IMG/VR virus record: IMGVR_UViG_3300005289_000052
Coordinates: 62,001 to 126,000 of that record
Direction: 5' to 3' (one strand)
Length of the DNA: 64,000 nt
Under the pieces are notes generated by a model that worked only from the letters and a program-made list of their open reading frames with translations, did not search any database and had not been told where the DNA came from. Below, piece after piece: positions 9,446 through 20,854 of this stretch (its first letter is position 1; each line of letters begins with the position of its first letter). A program made the translations under genes and the position numbers.

Positions 9446-10429
9446 TTAGATCTTTGCCAGCCAGTGATCACGAGGAACACGGACAGTCGCAGAATTGACA
9501 TGACCACCACCGCCGAACTCTTTTGCGATCAACTCGCAATCGAGTGCATCCGGGTTTTCTTTGGCCGAGTTGAAACGCAGCACACGAGCGTCAGGTGCAT
9601 CGAAGTAACTCACGACCACCGGATGGGTCCGGGTGAAACGATCGTTGAGTTCGCTGTACAACGGCTTCGGACAATTGAACGCCAAGACTTTACCTAGGTG
9701 GAAAGCCACGTCGTCATTCTCATCCAGGATCTCGGTGTTGAAGTCGATCTCCCGTTGAGTATTGTCCATCATCCAATCGAGCAGTGCCCGATCACCTTTC
9801 ATCAGGATTTTACCCATGGCGATCAGCTCATCGGCTGGCAACAGCGCCAGAGCTTCCCACTGGGCCAGATCCAGGGTGGTGTCGCCCACCAGGTATGAAC
9901 CCAGAGCACGATTGTACTGACGACTACCGGAGATCTGGAACTTCCACAGGTCGACATCCGCCGACATTGTGACCATGGTTGGTTCCGGCGTTGACGCGCC
10001 GTTGAAGAACTTCCAGGACAGTTGTGCACCCGACTCGTAGATGTCTACGTACAGCTTGAGGTTAGGTGGATACACTTCGTACGGCATCGCACCGAGGTAC
10101 GGTTCGTCGTACTCCTGTGCAATGTTGAACGCTTGCTGTGCCTTGCTCTGTTCGCTATTCAGAGCGGTGTACATTTTCTCGGTGGACTTGTGGTGGTCAA
10201 TGACGATCACCAGTTCAGCCACCTTACACAGATCACGCAGAACCGAGATCGGATAAGAGAAATCCAGAATGTACAGGATTTCACCACGTTCGATTTTCGG
10301 TGGAGCGTCGCCGTATTCAGCCGAGATGAAGGTTGCATGGGGGAGTCGCTGACTTGCAACCCATGCTGCCGTCATTCCGTCTACGCAGTTCCGGTGGTAG
10401 ACCACCGTTGTTTTTGCTGCTTCAGTCAT
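9446..10429 (-). CDS. DHH/DHHA1 family phosphoesterase
   Basis: YHRNCVDG, ILDFS, VIDHH, ADVDLW, GGGGH motifs; GGAGG RBS before MTEAAK. Confidence 0.85.
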   Translation of the reverse strand: MTEAAKTTVVYHRNCVDGMTAAWVASQRLPHATFISAEYGDAPPKIERGEILYILDFSYPISVLRDLCKVAELVIVIDHHKSTEKMYTALNSEQSKAQQAFNIAQEYDEPYLGAMPYEVYPPNLKLYVDIYESGAQLSWKFFNGASTPEPTMVTMSADVDLWKFQISGSRQYNRALGSYLVGDTTLDLAQWEALALLPADELIAMGKILMKGDRALLDWMMDNTQREIDFNTEILDENDDVAFHLGKVLAFNCPKPLYSELNDRFTRTHPVVVSYFDAPDARVLRFNSAKENPDALDCELIAKEFGGGGHVNSATVRVPRDHWLAKI

Positions 10430-10445
10430 ATCCCCTCCTAGGGAC

Positions 10446-10874
10446 TTAAAGATCGACGTCACGCCATTCACGCGTAATTCCCCCGATTTCGTGATCCTGG
10501 GTGACGTACATCACCGAGATGTCCGGTTTAGTCGGGTGATGAAACCCGAACACAAAGTACGGACTAATGCCCATATACAACAGCGTATCCCCATGTTGGC
10601 GAGTACGCTTTGCAACCTCAACGCCAATAATGCGTTCAGGCCACTGTTGGTGATGAAACTGACCGACTGTACAGTCCACGGCGTGTTGGCCCAACTCTGG
10701 GATAGCCGCTTGGTTCTGACAGTCAGCGAAGAACACAGGACGGTTGTCAGGTGTTACATAGCCGAATTCAATGTTGGGAATGGCCAAAGCTCCCGCCAAT
10801 GTATCTTGGGCTTCCTGAAAACTGTCGTGTACATCGCCGACTTGTCGGATTAAGCGCTTGGTTGTTGTTCGCAC
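10446..10874 (-). CDS. Hypothetical protein
   Basis: 142-aa ORF in operon. Confidence 0.6.
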   Translation of the reverse strand: MRTTTKRLIRQVGDVHDSFQEAQDTLAGALAIPNIEFGYVTPDNRPVFFADCQNQAAIPELGQHAVDCTVGQFHHQQWPERIIGVEVAKRTRQHGDTLLYMGISPYFVFGFHHPTKPDISVMYVTQDHEIGGITREWRDVDL

Positions 10875-11269
10875 AGGACTGCATGCTCCATCGGATAAGT
10901 CTCAATATAGGTAGTCAACAACCTGAGCCACAGCCAAGGGTTATCAAATCCAGGACTGTAGCCCGCACCACCCGGCGCAGGGAATTGGGTCTTGACCCTG
11001 AGGAATTCCTCGTACAGGTCTTTGCGGTACTCCAGGAAGATCGTCTTCGAAGCCCGGTGGAAATGTATCTCCAATCCGGTAGCCTCAATCCGCTTGAAGT
11101 ACAGCGTGTACGCTTTTCCATCCACCGTCACAGCGCCACTGTGCACGTGCTGGTCCCTGAAACGCGGGATCAAAAGTTTCTGGACAAGCTGCGAGAATAA
11201 GAACGACGTCGCTGCCGACAAAGTCTCAGTTGTTTGCATGGCACGTTCCATCAGGTATACGTTTGTCAT
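10850..11269 (-). CDS. Hypothetical protein
   Basis: Start at MTNVYL with AAGGGG RBS (a later start is possible). Confidence 0.5.
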   Translation of the reverse strand: MTNVYLMERAMQTTETLSAATSFLFSQLVQKLLIPRFRDQHVHSGAVTVDGKAYTLYFKRIEATGLEIHFHRASKTIFLEYRKDLYEEFLRVKTQFPAPGGAGYSPGFDNPWLWLRLLTTYIETYPMEHAVLCEQQPSA

Positions 11270-11557
11270 TGTTCGGTTCCCCTTGCATGGCGGGGCGATC
11301 AAAGAAATCACCCCCAATGAATGGTACTACCGCTCCAGACAGCACGCCGTCCAGCAATTTCTTGTATGCTGGCAGGCGCTCCTTGAAGGTTCGAACTCGG
11401 GTAGCACCACCACTTCTTCCGATGTGGTAATCCGAAATCACTACCGTACCTGCCGGATCAAAGAAGTCAGCTTCGACATCAATGACCCGACTTTCCCTTG
11501 CAAACGGCATGGGTTGTCTATTACGACCACCCATGTAAACCTTTTTCTTCTTCATCA

Positions 11558-11558
<1 letters not shown>
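11226..11558 (-). CDS. Short calcineurin-like metallophosphoesterase fragment
   Basis: VVISDYHIG (motif I) and GGDFFD (motif II) present; no GNHD or later motifs; coupled to ligA stop. Confidence 0.5.
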
Positions 11559-13644
<2,086 letters not shown>

Positions 13645-13656
13645 AACCCCTGGGAC

Positions 13657-14832
13657 TTATTTGACCAGGTTGGCGCCACCGAGGTAATCAGCATCGAAGT
13701 CAGCGTTGCTGGCATCGAGTTTCAGACGGGTGACAGGTTCGAACAGAGTCGAGTGGAAGTACTGCGGTGTGGAACCGTAGGAGGTCAGTTGGATCGGCTC
13801 GAACGGATCGTACTTGTTGAACGACAGTTGCACAGCCAACAGGTCGCCTTTCGGTTGGTTGTTGCCACGGCCGCCGTAGCCGTAATCGCGTTCGTTGAAG
13901 TAGTTTTTGGTACCGACTTCGAGAACAACGATGTGCTCTTCTGGGTTCAGGATCGAACGCAGTACGGTACCACGCTTGATTTCTTCCAACGGCTGGGTCT
14001 GCGCCAGACGGTCTGCCAGTTCCAGAGTTGCTTCGAAGCCACTGGCTTTCTGGAACGCGTTGACCTTCTTCTCGACATCGGCGAAGTCGAATGGCTGGAG
14101 CAGGATACCGTTGAACCCAGCGTAACGCTCAGGCTGGTCTACGTCGTAAACGTCGTAGTGGAACGGGTGTGCGTGTTGCGGGAAGATCAGCCCGTTCTTC
14201 TGGTTCAGGTCGAAGGCTTTGGTAACTGCCTTGACGTCACCGTTCAGCCAAACCATCGCAGTCAGTTCGACGCCGAAGTAGCGTGCCCAACGAACCAACG
14301 ACTTGTTACGGCTGCCACCGGCGCAGTAGGTCTCGGCGGTCCAGTTCACATCCTTGGCTACCTGGATGGTGCGCAGAGCATCGAGGGACTGACCGAGCAG
14401 CACTTTAGCGGTTTCGACTTCGTGCAGCTTGTTCAATGCTTCGGTCTCGGCTTTCGGATTGATTTCGTTCAGAGCAGGCTTGGCGGTGTAGCCGCCCATT
14501 TCTGCACGGGACGGATGATGCAGCGCTGGGTTGAGTTCAGCCGAGTGCGGGTCTGCTGGCAGAGTCATTGCACCAGCCTGAGGACGCTTGGGCAGCACTT
14601 CGGACAGGGTAGGCGATTTCTCGCTGGCAGGTGCAGCAGCAGCAGCCTGACCAGTTTTCTTCAGCTTGTCGGCAGCGATTTGTTCAGGGGTGCGACGAGC
14701 TGCACGTGGTTTCTTTTCAGCAGCAGGTTTCGCTGCACTGGTTTTGGCCGCTGGTTTGGTAGCCGGTTTTGCAGCAGCTTTAGCGGCTGGTTTGGCGCCA
14801 GGGGTTTTAGCGGCAGTGGTATCTTTAGCCAT
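13657..14832 (-). CDS. Hypothetical protein with Lys/Ala/Pro-rich (KPAA-repeat) N-terminus
   Basis: AKPAAKAAAKPATKPAAKTSAAKPAAEKK; strong codon bias; start MAKDT. Confidence 0.75.
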   Translation of the reverse strand: MAKDTTAAKTPGAKPAAKAAAKPATKPAAKTSAAKPAAEKKPRAARRTPEQIAADKLKKTGQAAAAAPASEKSPTLSEVLPKRPQAGAMTLPADPHSAELNPALHHPSRAEMGGYTAKPALNEINPKAETEALNKLHEVETAKVLLGQSLDALRTIQVAKDVNWTAETYCAGGSRNKSLVRWARYFGVELTAMVWLNGDVKAVTKAFDLNQKNGLIFPQHAHPFHYDVYDVDQPERYAGFNGILLQPFDFADVEKKVNAFQKASGFEATLELADRLAQTQPLEEIKRGTVLRSILNPEEHIVVLEVGTKNYFNERDYGYGGRGNNQPKGDLLAVQLSFNKYDPFEPIQLTSYGSTPQYFHSTLFEPVTRLKLDASNADFDADYLGGANLVK

Positions 14833-14845
14833 CTTAGGCAATTCC

Positions 14846-15097
14846 TTACTGATTGGTGTGGTGGTATTTGTTACGGACGACCGAAACACGATGTTTCAGT
14901 TCCATGGATAGGTATTGCTGGTGAACCATCTGATCGGCCTGTGCGAGCACCGCGAGGGCTTGACATGCTTCGGTTGCAGTATTCGGCGGGAACAGAATAA
15001 TCGGTCTCCCGTTTTTAGTTGTAAAGATTACATGCGGGTGAAGCTTAACCAACAAGTCAACCGCATTTTGGACTGTGTTGGTGTCAAGCATTGGCAT
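14846..15097 (-). CDS. Hypothetical protein
   Basis: AGGAG RBS before MPMLD. Confidence 0.55.
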   Translation of the reverse strand: MPMLDTNTVQNAVDLLVKLHPHVIFTTKNGRPIILFPPNTATEACQALAVLAQADQMVHQQYLSMELKHRVSVVRNKYHHTNQ

Positions 15098-15203
15098 GGA
15101 TTTACTCTCCTTAGAGCAGATGCCGTAAGGATGGGAATAAAACGCCCCCATCCTTATTCTTTTTAAGAACAGGTTTATTTAGGCAATTGATAGCCCGGTG
15201 CTG

Positions 15204-15653
15204 TCAGGTTTTACTGAGGTAATCCCGATCGTTGTACTCATCGAGGGGTGCATAGTAGCGTTCCGTCTCTTGGTACGACTCGAGGCGATGAACGATACTG
15301 TGGACATCAGCACCCCACTTCCAAAGAGTATCCTCGTCTTGTGGTAGACGATTCAACAGTTTGGCGAGGTTGGAGAAGGCCGACATTGGAGTATCGCCTT
15401 CGGTGACTGGGAACCACTCGAACCTTTCTGCGACGAAACGCCAACCATCATCATCGCAGATCATCCGAGTCATTAACCACGGTTCATCCCGAGGTGCCAA
15501 GAAAGCCACATAGCCTCCGCCGTAGCGGGGACTGGTGACTACCAAGGTCATCCCGTGGCCGTTCTGTACTCCCTCTTTCTTAAAGCCGTGTGCACCCACC
15601 AAGAGGTTGAAGAGTTCGAGTTTCGTCTCAGCTTTCTTGAAGAGTTCGCTCAT
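15204..15653 (-). CDS. Hypothetical protein
   Basis: ATGA overlap with upstream gene at 15650-15653. Confidence 0.65.
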   Translation of the reverse strand: MSELFKKAETKLELFNLLVGAHGFKKEGVQNGHGMTLVVTSPRYGGGYVAFLAPRDEPWLMTRMICDDDGWRFVAERFEWFPVTEGDTPMSAFSNLAKLLNRLPQDEDTLWKWGADVHSIVHRLESYQETERYYAPLDEYNDRDYLSKT

Positions 15654-17341
15654 TTCGGGTTTCTCAGTTTCGGGTCCCATTGGGTTCCTTCCAGTAAGTA
15701 GTCAAGTTTCCCTTCTGCTGCTTCTTGCATAGCAGCTTCTTGGTCTGCAATTTCTTCAGGGGTAGGTTCTACAGGAGGCAACCCGACATCACTGGTGTCT
15801 TCCAGATCGCCGTGTTTCTCCCAGTGTTCCCGGAGAGGATTTGGTCGAGTGCGGGTAAACAATCCTAGTGCTTCATTGTGACCGCGTTCGTCTTCATGCT
15901 TGTTGTAGCCCGGAGGCATGGCTTGGCGTTCACGGATCTTCGCAAGCTCTGCCGAAGCGTCACCTACTTCCCCAGCCGTGAGGTCTGGTTTAGGTAGTAA
16001 TGACTTAGCTGCTGAGCGAGATTCTGCGATTTGTTCCTCCAACGCTTCCAGTCCCAGATGGTACTCGTGGTAGATAGCCATGGTTTCGTCACGACCGCGA
16101 CCTTGGGAGGTTTGCTTGGTGATCTCGTGGAATTGCTGGATCAAAGGCTTTGCCCCTGTTGCTGGCGGCAGTTTTGCGATGTGATCCAACTTGTAGCCAT
16201 CACCATGCTGGGAGACATGGGGTGGGAATTCGTAATCGTCAGGGATAACCCGTACTTCTACGCCTTTGTCCACGATCTGACGCTCAAGTGGTTTCTCTTT
16301 AGGTTCGCCCAGATGGTACTCGACATTTCCTTCACTATCCAGAGACTCACGGATCAGAATCCCGTAGTCCCGGCGGTTTGGGGTGTCGTCTACGCGAGTA
16401 CTAGGTGCGTCGTCGAGCACGCCTTCGATGGTTGGCTGCTCTCTGTTACCCAGCGCTATCCCCATGAAGTCGATATCCCGCAGATCACGCTTAACGCCAT
16501 CAGCACCCACAGCGTAAACACCCGTGACTTTGGGTAGGAACTCGCCTTCTGCACCCTTTTCATAAGGACTGGTCAGGGAGATGTTGAAACTAGGTTCGCT
16601 ACCTGGATCAACACCCAACAAAACAACGTGGCTGGGTTCACCATCTTTGAAGACAGGAGTCAGCGCAGGCAGTGCTGCGTCCAGTGCTGCTTGTTGTTCT
16701 GGGGTCATGCTGCTCTTCTTGATGGTGCGGTCCAGTGCACCTTCTTCGTAATGGCGAAGACGATCCATGGAACCTGGTGCGAAGAAGCGATGTTTGCCAG
16801 AATGGTGCTTGGTGTAGTCAATACCTGACTGAACCATGGGAACCCCACCGAACATCGGGACTTCACTATCAGGCGGAACTACATCGAGGTCTTCAATAGG
16901 GACCCGGAAAGCCTTGGTGAGATCCACGTTCCCATCTGCGGTAATGTAACCCTGAGCTTGCAGGCGTTTGAAATCGCGCTCAGAGAAGATATACGGACCG
17001 TCCTCGATAGTGTCAGGGATGGAGATCGATAAAAACCCAGAGGTTGGGCTTCCAAAGATATTGCTATCGATATCCCCACAGCGACCGCGCAACAGCGTGA
17101 CCTGATCGAGTTCACCTTGGCTAATGAGGCCTCGGTCAAAAAGATCTTGTAGCATCGGGTTGACTGGGGTTGTCTTACGAGCTTCGTCCAGTTGCGCTTC
17201 CAGCCACTGGAATTCTTGCCGCATGGCGTAATCGTTGTACCAGAAGTAGAATTCGTCGATTACCTGAGTCAGAATGTGATCTGGCAGACCAGTCATGTTG
17301 AACGGATCGAACTTTGGAATTTGGTGAGCACCGATTTTCAT
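15650..17341 (-). CDS. Large acidic hypothetical protein
   Basis: 563-aa ORF, GGAG RBS. Confidence 0.75.
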   Translation of the reverse strand: MKIGAHQIPKFDPFNMTGLPDHILTQVIDEFYFWYNDYAMRQEFQWLEAQLDEARKTTPVNPMLQDLFDRGLISQGELDQVTLLRGRCGDIDSNIFGSPTSGFLSISIPDTIEDGPYIFSERDFKRLQAQGYITADGNVDLTKAFRVPIEDLDVVPPDSEVPMFGGVPMVQSGIDYTKHHSGKHRFFAPGSMDRLRHYEEGALDRTIKKSSMTPEQQAALDAALPALTPVFKDGEPSHVVLLGVDPGSEPSFNISLTSPYEKGAEGEFLPKVTGVYAVGADGVKRDLRDIDFMGIALGNREQPTIEGVLDDAPSTRVDDTPNRRDYGILIRESLDSEGNVEYHLGEPKEKPLERQIVDKGVEVRVIPDDYEFPPHVSQHGDGYKLDHIAKLPPATGAKPLIQQFHEITKQTSQGRGRDETMAIYHEYHLGLEALEEQIAESRSAAKSLLPKPDLTAGEVGDASAELAKIRERQAMPPGYNKHEDERGHNEALGLFTRTRPNPLREHWEKHGDLEDTSDVGLPPVEPTPEEIADQEAAMQEAAEGKLDYLLEGTQWDPKLRNPK

Positions 17342-17369
17342 TATAGATCTCCTTAGACCTTGAGTTTAG

Positions 17370-17711
17370 TTAGCCGATGATAGCGCCGAAACGCACCTCA
17401 CCTTCTGGGGATTGGTTGACCCATGACTGGATGAACTCACGCTCCATAGCGGAGTAGTAGTCATGTACCACTTGTTTCTCGATATGTTCAGGTAAACCCG
17501 ATTGGTTGAACGGGTCAAACCCAACCATTACCACCCGTGATACTACATTTCGCAGGGGAAGAGCTTTCGGATGACGGAAGCGAACCGCTTTGATCTCGGG
17601 GAATTTTATTCCAGCTTCTCGGAACTCCTTGGCTTTACGTTCGAGGTAAGCTTTGTCTGGTGGGAAGCCTGGGTTGTATACACCATTTTTCCAGCCGCGC
17701 TCGTTAGCCAT
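17370..17711 (-). CDS. Hypothetical protein
   Basis: 113 aa, overlaps upstream ORF by 8 nt. Confidence 0.6.
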   Translation of the reverse strand: MANERGWKNGVYNPGFPPDKAYLERKAKEFREAGIKFPEIKAVRFRHPKALPLRNVVSRVVMVGFDPFNQSGLPEHIEKQVVHDYYSAMEREFIQSWVNQSPEGEVRFGAIIG

Positions 17712-18081
17712 TGAAAGTATCTCCTGGGTGGTCTACAGAAAGGGATGGGGTTATTGCGTAAGGTTGACCTTGGATCACAACCAAACCAGGAGTAGGTTTG
17801 GAATGGTGGAGTAAGGCCTCACGAACTTCCAGGACATCCGCGTCATCGTAAACGGAGTCAGGGAGTTCGAAGTCTTTCTTTAGTATGTTACCCAGACGCA
17901 CTACCTCGTCCAGGTCCATGTTACCGACACCGGCTTTGATCTGATCCATCACTCGACGCTGGACGCTCTCAGGGAATTGATCCCCGGCAGCCTTACGTAC
18001 CAGTTCGATGATGTGACACCGGGCGACGAACTCTACAACCGTACCCAGTGTGAAATTCTTGAAGTGCTTCATCGGGTCCAT
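17704..18081 (-). CDS. Hypothetical protein
   Basis: 125 aa; GGAG RBS; first gene after early promoter motif. Confidence 0.65.
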   Translation of the reverse strand: MDPMKHFKNFTLGTVVEFVARCHIIELVRKAAGDQFPESVQRRVMDQIKAGVGNMDLDEVVRLGNILKKDFELPDSVYDDADVLEVREALLHHSKPTPGLVVIQGQPYAITPSLSVDHPGDTFNG

Positions 18082-18122
18082 AATTGATCTCCATAGATCG
18101 AAAGGTTAGGTAGCTCATTGGG

Positions 18123-18139
18123 GTAATATATACTTGAAA
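18123..18139 (-). promoter_or_regulatory. Early promoter motif (TATATTAC)
   Basis: Minus strand TTTCAAGTA-TATATTAC. Confidence 0.65.
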
Positions 18140-18290
18140 TTCAGTTGATTCCAGTCAGTCTAAAACTACATAGGTCCTGTCTCCTATGTCAGTTCCGCGT
18201 AGTGTTTTCAAACCCAGTTTTGAGAACCTAATGTTATAGTCACGGACAACTTAAAGTCCTTCGTACAGCCCAAAGTTCAAGGTTAGAACC

Positions 18291-20798
18291 ATGATTCGAG
18301 AGATGATCAAATTCGACGGCACTCGTGAGCCGTTCATTGCAGAGAAACCTGCACGTTGGACGCAATGGGGTGCCAAGAAGCTCGGTAAACGCGTGGACTG
18401 GCCAAGTATCCTCGTGGAAGCAGTAAATGAATGTCCTCCTGTACTCTCCACTCTGGAGTTCCAGGAGAAGCTGGTAGATGTGACCCTTCGCGGTGAGTCG
18501 TGGGCGCACTACTTGATGGCCGGTCGCCTTTATGCCCCGCTCATCATGAAACAGACCTTCGGCGCCGAAGTACCAACCATCCGCGAGCTGCATGAAAAGC
18601 TGGCTCTGATGGGTTACATGTACCGTCTGGACTACTCGGAAGCAGAATACGCCGAGTGCCAGAAGCTGATCGATCACAAGAAAGACCAGACTTACCCACA
18701 CTTCCGCAGCGAATACATCTACAAGAAGTACGCGTTGCAGAATCGCATCGGCAAATCCAAGCAAGTCTTCGAAACGCCGCAGTTCGTTTACATGCGTATG
18801 GCGATGGCCCTCTCCGAAGAGCAGCCGCGTGAACGCCGCATGCGTGACGTAGCCAAGTTCTACGAGCACCTTTCCGACGCCCGCATCAATGCCCCGACTC
18901 CGAACTACGTGAACCTGGGTACTCCACTGCGTGGCTTCGCTTCTTGCTGCATCTACAGCAACGAAGACACCGCTGCCTCGATCGGCATCGGCCTGCACAT
19001 TGCTTACACCATGACCTACATGTCCGCAGGTTGTGGTACTCACCTGAACACGCGTTCGCTGGGTGAGCCTGTCCGTGGTGGCATGATCCGTCACCAGGGC
19101 AAACTACCGTACATCCGTGCTACCAAGGCCATGGTTGAAGCCAACCTGCAAAATGGTCGTGGTGGTGCTGACACGCTGACCTACAGCATGTTCGATCCTG
19201 AGAACGAAACCCTCCTGCAACTCCAGAACCCGATGTCGGTGGAAGAGAAGCAGATCCGTGGCATCGACTACTCGGTCACTGTCAGCAAGTTCATTGCGCG
19301 CTTCGCTGGCGCCAAAGGCAAACTGTTCAAGTTCAACAGCTTCACTGCTCCTGATCTGTACGATGCCTTCTACTCGGCTGACTTTGCCAAGTTCGAAGAA
19401 CTGTACGCCAAGTACGAAGCAGACCCGCTGTTCGTCAAGGACTACTTCAACGCTCGTGAGCTGGTGCTGGTAGCTCTGACCGAAGCCTTGGAAACTGGTC
19501 GCTACTACCTGACCTGGGCTGACGAGATGAATCGTCACACCCCGTTCTACGACGAGATCTTCGCATCCAACCTGTGCCAAGAAATCATGCTGCCTCAGCG
19601 TGGTTACAAACACATGCTGGATCTGTACTCGGAAAGTGCGGTCGGTTACATCCGCCTGACCACTACCGATGGCAATCGCATGGAACTCGAAGCACCTCAG
19701 AAGGTGTGGGTAGACCGTGAGCTGCCGATGCACATGCCAGTGGGGCGCATTGCTCGACCAGCCATTGCGGCTATCGAACTGCAACCAGGTGAAAGCTTCC
19801 GTACTGTGAAGGACGGTCTGACTTACACTGTGGCTACCGTCGATGAGATCAAGAAAGAACCGGAAGTTGCCATGTGCAACATTGGCGGTATCGTTCCTGC
19901 GAACATCGAGAACGATGCTCAGTACGCCGAAGTGGCTTACTACACCCTGCTGATGATCGACATCTGCATTCACAAAGCCGAATACGAGTTGCCACACATT
20001 GGCTTCACGTCCAAGGCTCGGATGAACGCTGGTGTAGGTCTGATGGGTGTCGCTACCTGGATGGCGAAGAACAACCTGAAGTACTCCAGTCAGGAAGGCA
20101 AGAACGCTCTGTTCCACCTTGACGAAACCCACATGTACCACTTGATCACTCAGTCGATCCAGTTGGGCAAAGAGCGTGGCAATGCTCCGTGGATGCACCG
20201 TACCAAGTGGCCAGAAGGTTACCTGCCGCAAGACACTGCCAACCAGAACGTTCTGGAACTGGTAACGGTTGCTCCTGCTCGTGACTGGGCACCAGTGCGG
20301 CAAGCGTTGATCGACAACGAAGGCATGCGCTTCTCCTGCGTCAACTCCCACATGCCAGGTGAGTCCAGCTCGAAAGCTGCTGGTCAACCAAACGGTCGCT
20401 ACCCTGTTCGTGACACCGTCATGACCAAAACCGACAACGGCATCGTGTCGCGTTGGGCTGCACCGGAAGGCGACATCTGGGGTGATCGCTACGAGATTGC
20501 GTGGGACTTGGATTACACCCACCAGATCGACAGCTACGCCGTAGGCCAGTACTGGACTGACCAAGGTCAATCCGTAGACCAATGGCGCCGCCTGCCACCA
20601 GGTGAAACTGTAGGTTCTGCTGAGTTGCTGCAAGGCTTCTTCCGCATGACCAAGTACGGCCTGAAATCGCGCTACTACTACAACACGCTGACCACCGCAC
20701 CGAAGCGGATGGAGAACGGCGAGATCGTGATGGTCGAAGTGCGCAACACCGACAAAGCACCCGAAGCTGACTGCGGGGCCGGTGGCTGCAAGATGTAA
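18291..20798 (+). CDS. nrdA: Ribonucleotide reductase class Ia alpha subunit
   Basis: N-terminal ATP-cone-like region, NAPTP, ASCC, SNLCQEI (catalytic Cys/Glu), SRYY, C-terminal CGAGGC redox pair. Confidence 0.95.
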   Translation: MIREMIKFDGTREPFIAEKPARWTQWGAKKLGKRVDWPSILVEAVNECPPVLSTLEFQEKLVDVTLRGESWAHYLMAGRLYAPLIMKQTFGAEVPTIRELHEKLALMGYMYRLDYSEAEYAECQKLIDHKKDQTYPHFRSEYIYKKYALQNRIGKSKQVFETPQFVYMRMAMALSEEQPRERRMRDVAKFYEHLSDARINAPTPNYVNLGTPLRGFASCCIYSNEDTAASIGIGLHIAYTMTYMSAGCGTHLNTRSLGEPVRGGMIRHQGKLPYIRATKAMVEANLQNGRGGADTLTYSMFDPENETLLQLQNPMSVEEKQIRGIDYSVTVSKFIARFAGAKGKLFKFNSFTAPDLYDAFYSADFAKFEELYAKYEADPLFVKDYFNARELVLVALTEALETGRYYLTWADEMNRHTPFYDEIFASNLCQEIMLPQRGYKHMLDLYSESAVGYIRLTTTDGNRMELEAPQKVWVDRELPMHMPVGRIARPAIAAIELQPGESFRTVKDGLTYTVATVDEIKKEPEVAMCNIGGIVPANIENDAQYAEVAYYTLLMIDICIHKAEYELPHIGFTSKARMNAGVGLMGVATWMAKNNLKYSSQEGKNALFHLDETHMYHLITQSIQLGKERGNAPWMHRTKWPEGYLPQDTANQNVLELVTVAPARDWAPVRQALIDNEGMRFSCVNSHMPGESSSKAAGQPNGRYPVRDTVMTKTDNGIVSRWAAPEGDIWGDRYEIAWDLDYTHQIDSYAVGQYWTDQGQSVDQWRRLPPGETVGSAELLQGFFRMTKYGLKSRYYYNTLTTAPKRMENGEIVMVEVRNTDKAPEADCGAGGCKM

Positions 20799-20804
20799 TT
20801 GATA

Positions 20805-20824
20805 GGGGCTCCTTCGGGAGCCCC
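20805..20824 (+). terminator. Hairpin between nrdA and nrdB (no U-tract)
   Basis: GGGGCTCC-TTCG-GGAGCCCC. Confidence 0.5.
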
Positions 20825-20854
20825 GACACTTAACGAACATTAGGGTAAAGGCCA

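Noticed and set aside
19626-19860. Active intein or intron in nrdA
   Set aside because: Reading frame is continuous; no Cys/Ser start, TxxH or His-Asn end, and no homing endonuclease; kept only as a possible remnant
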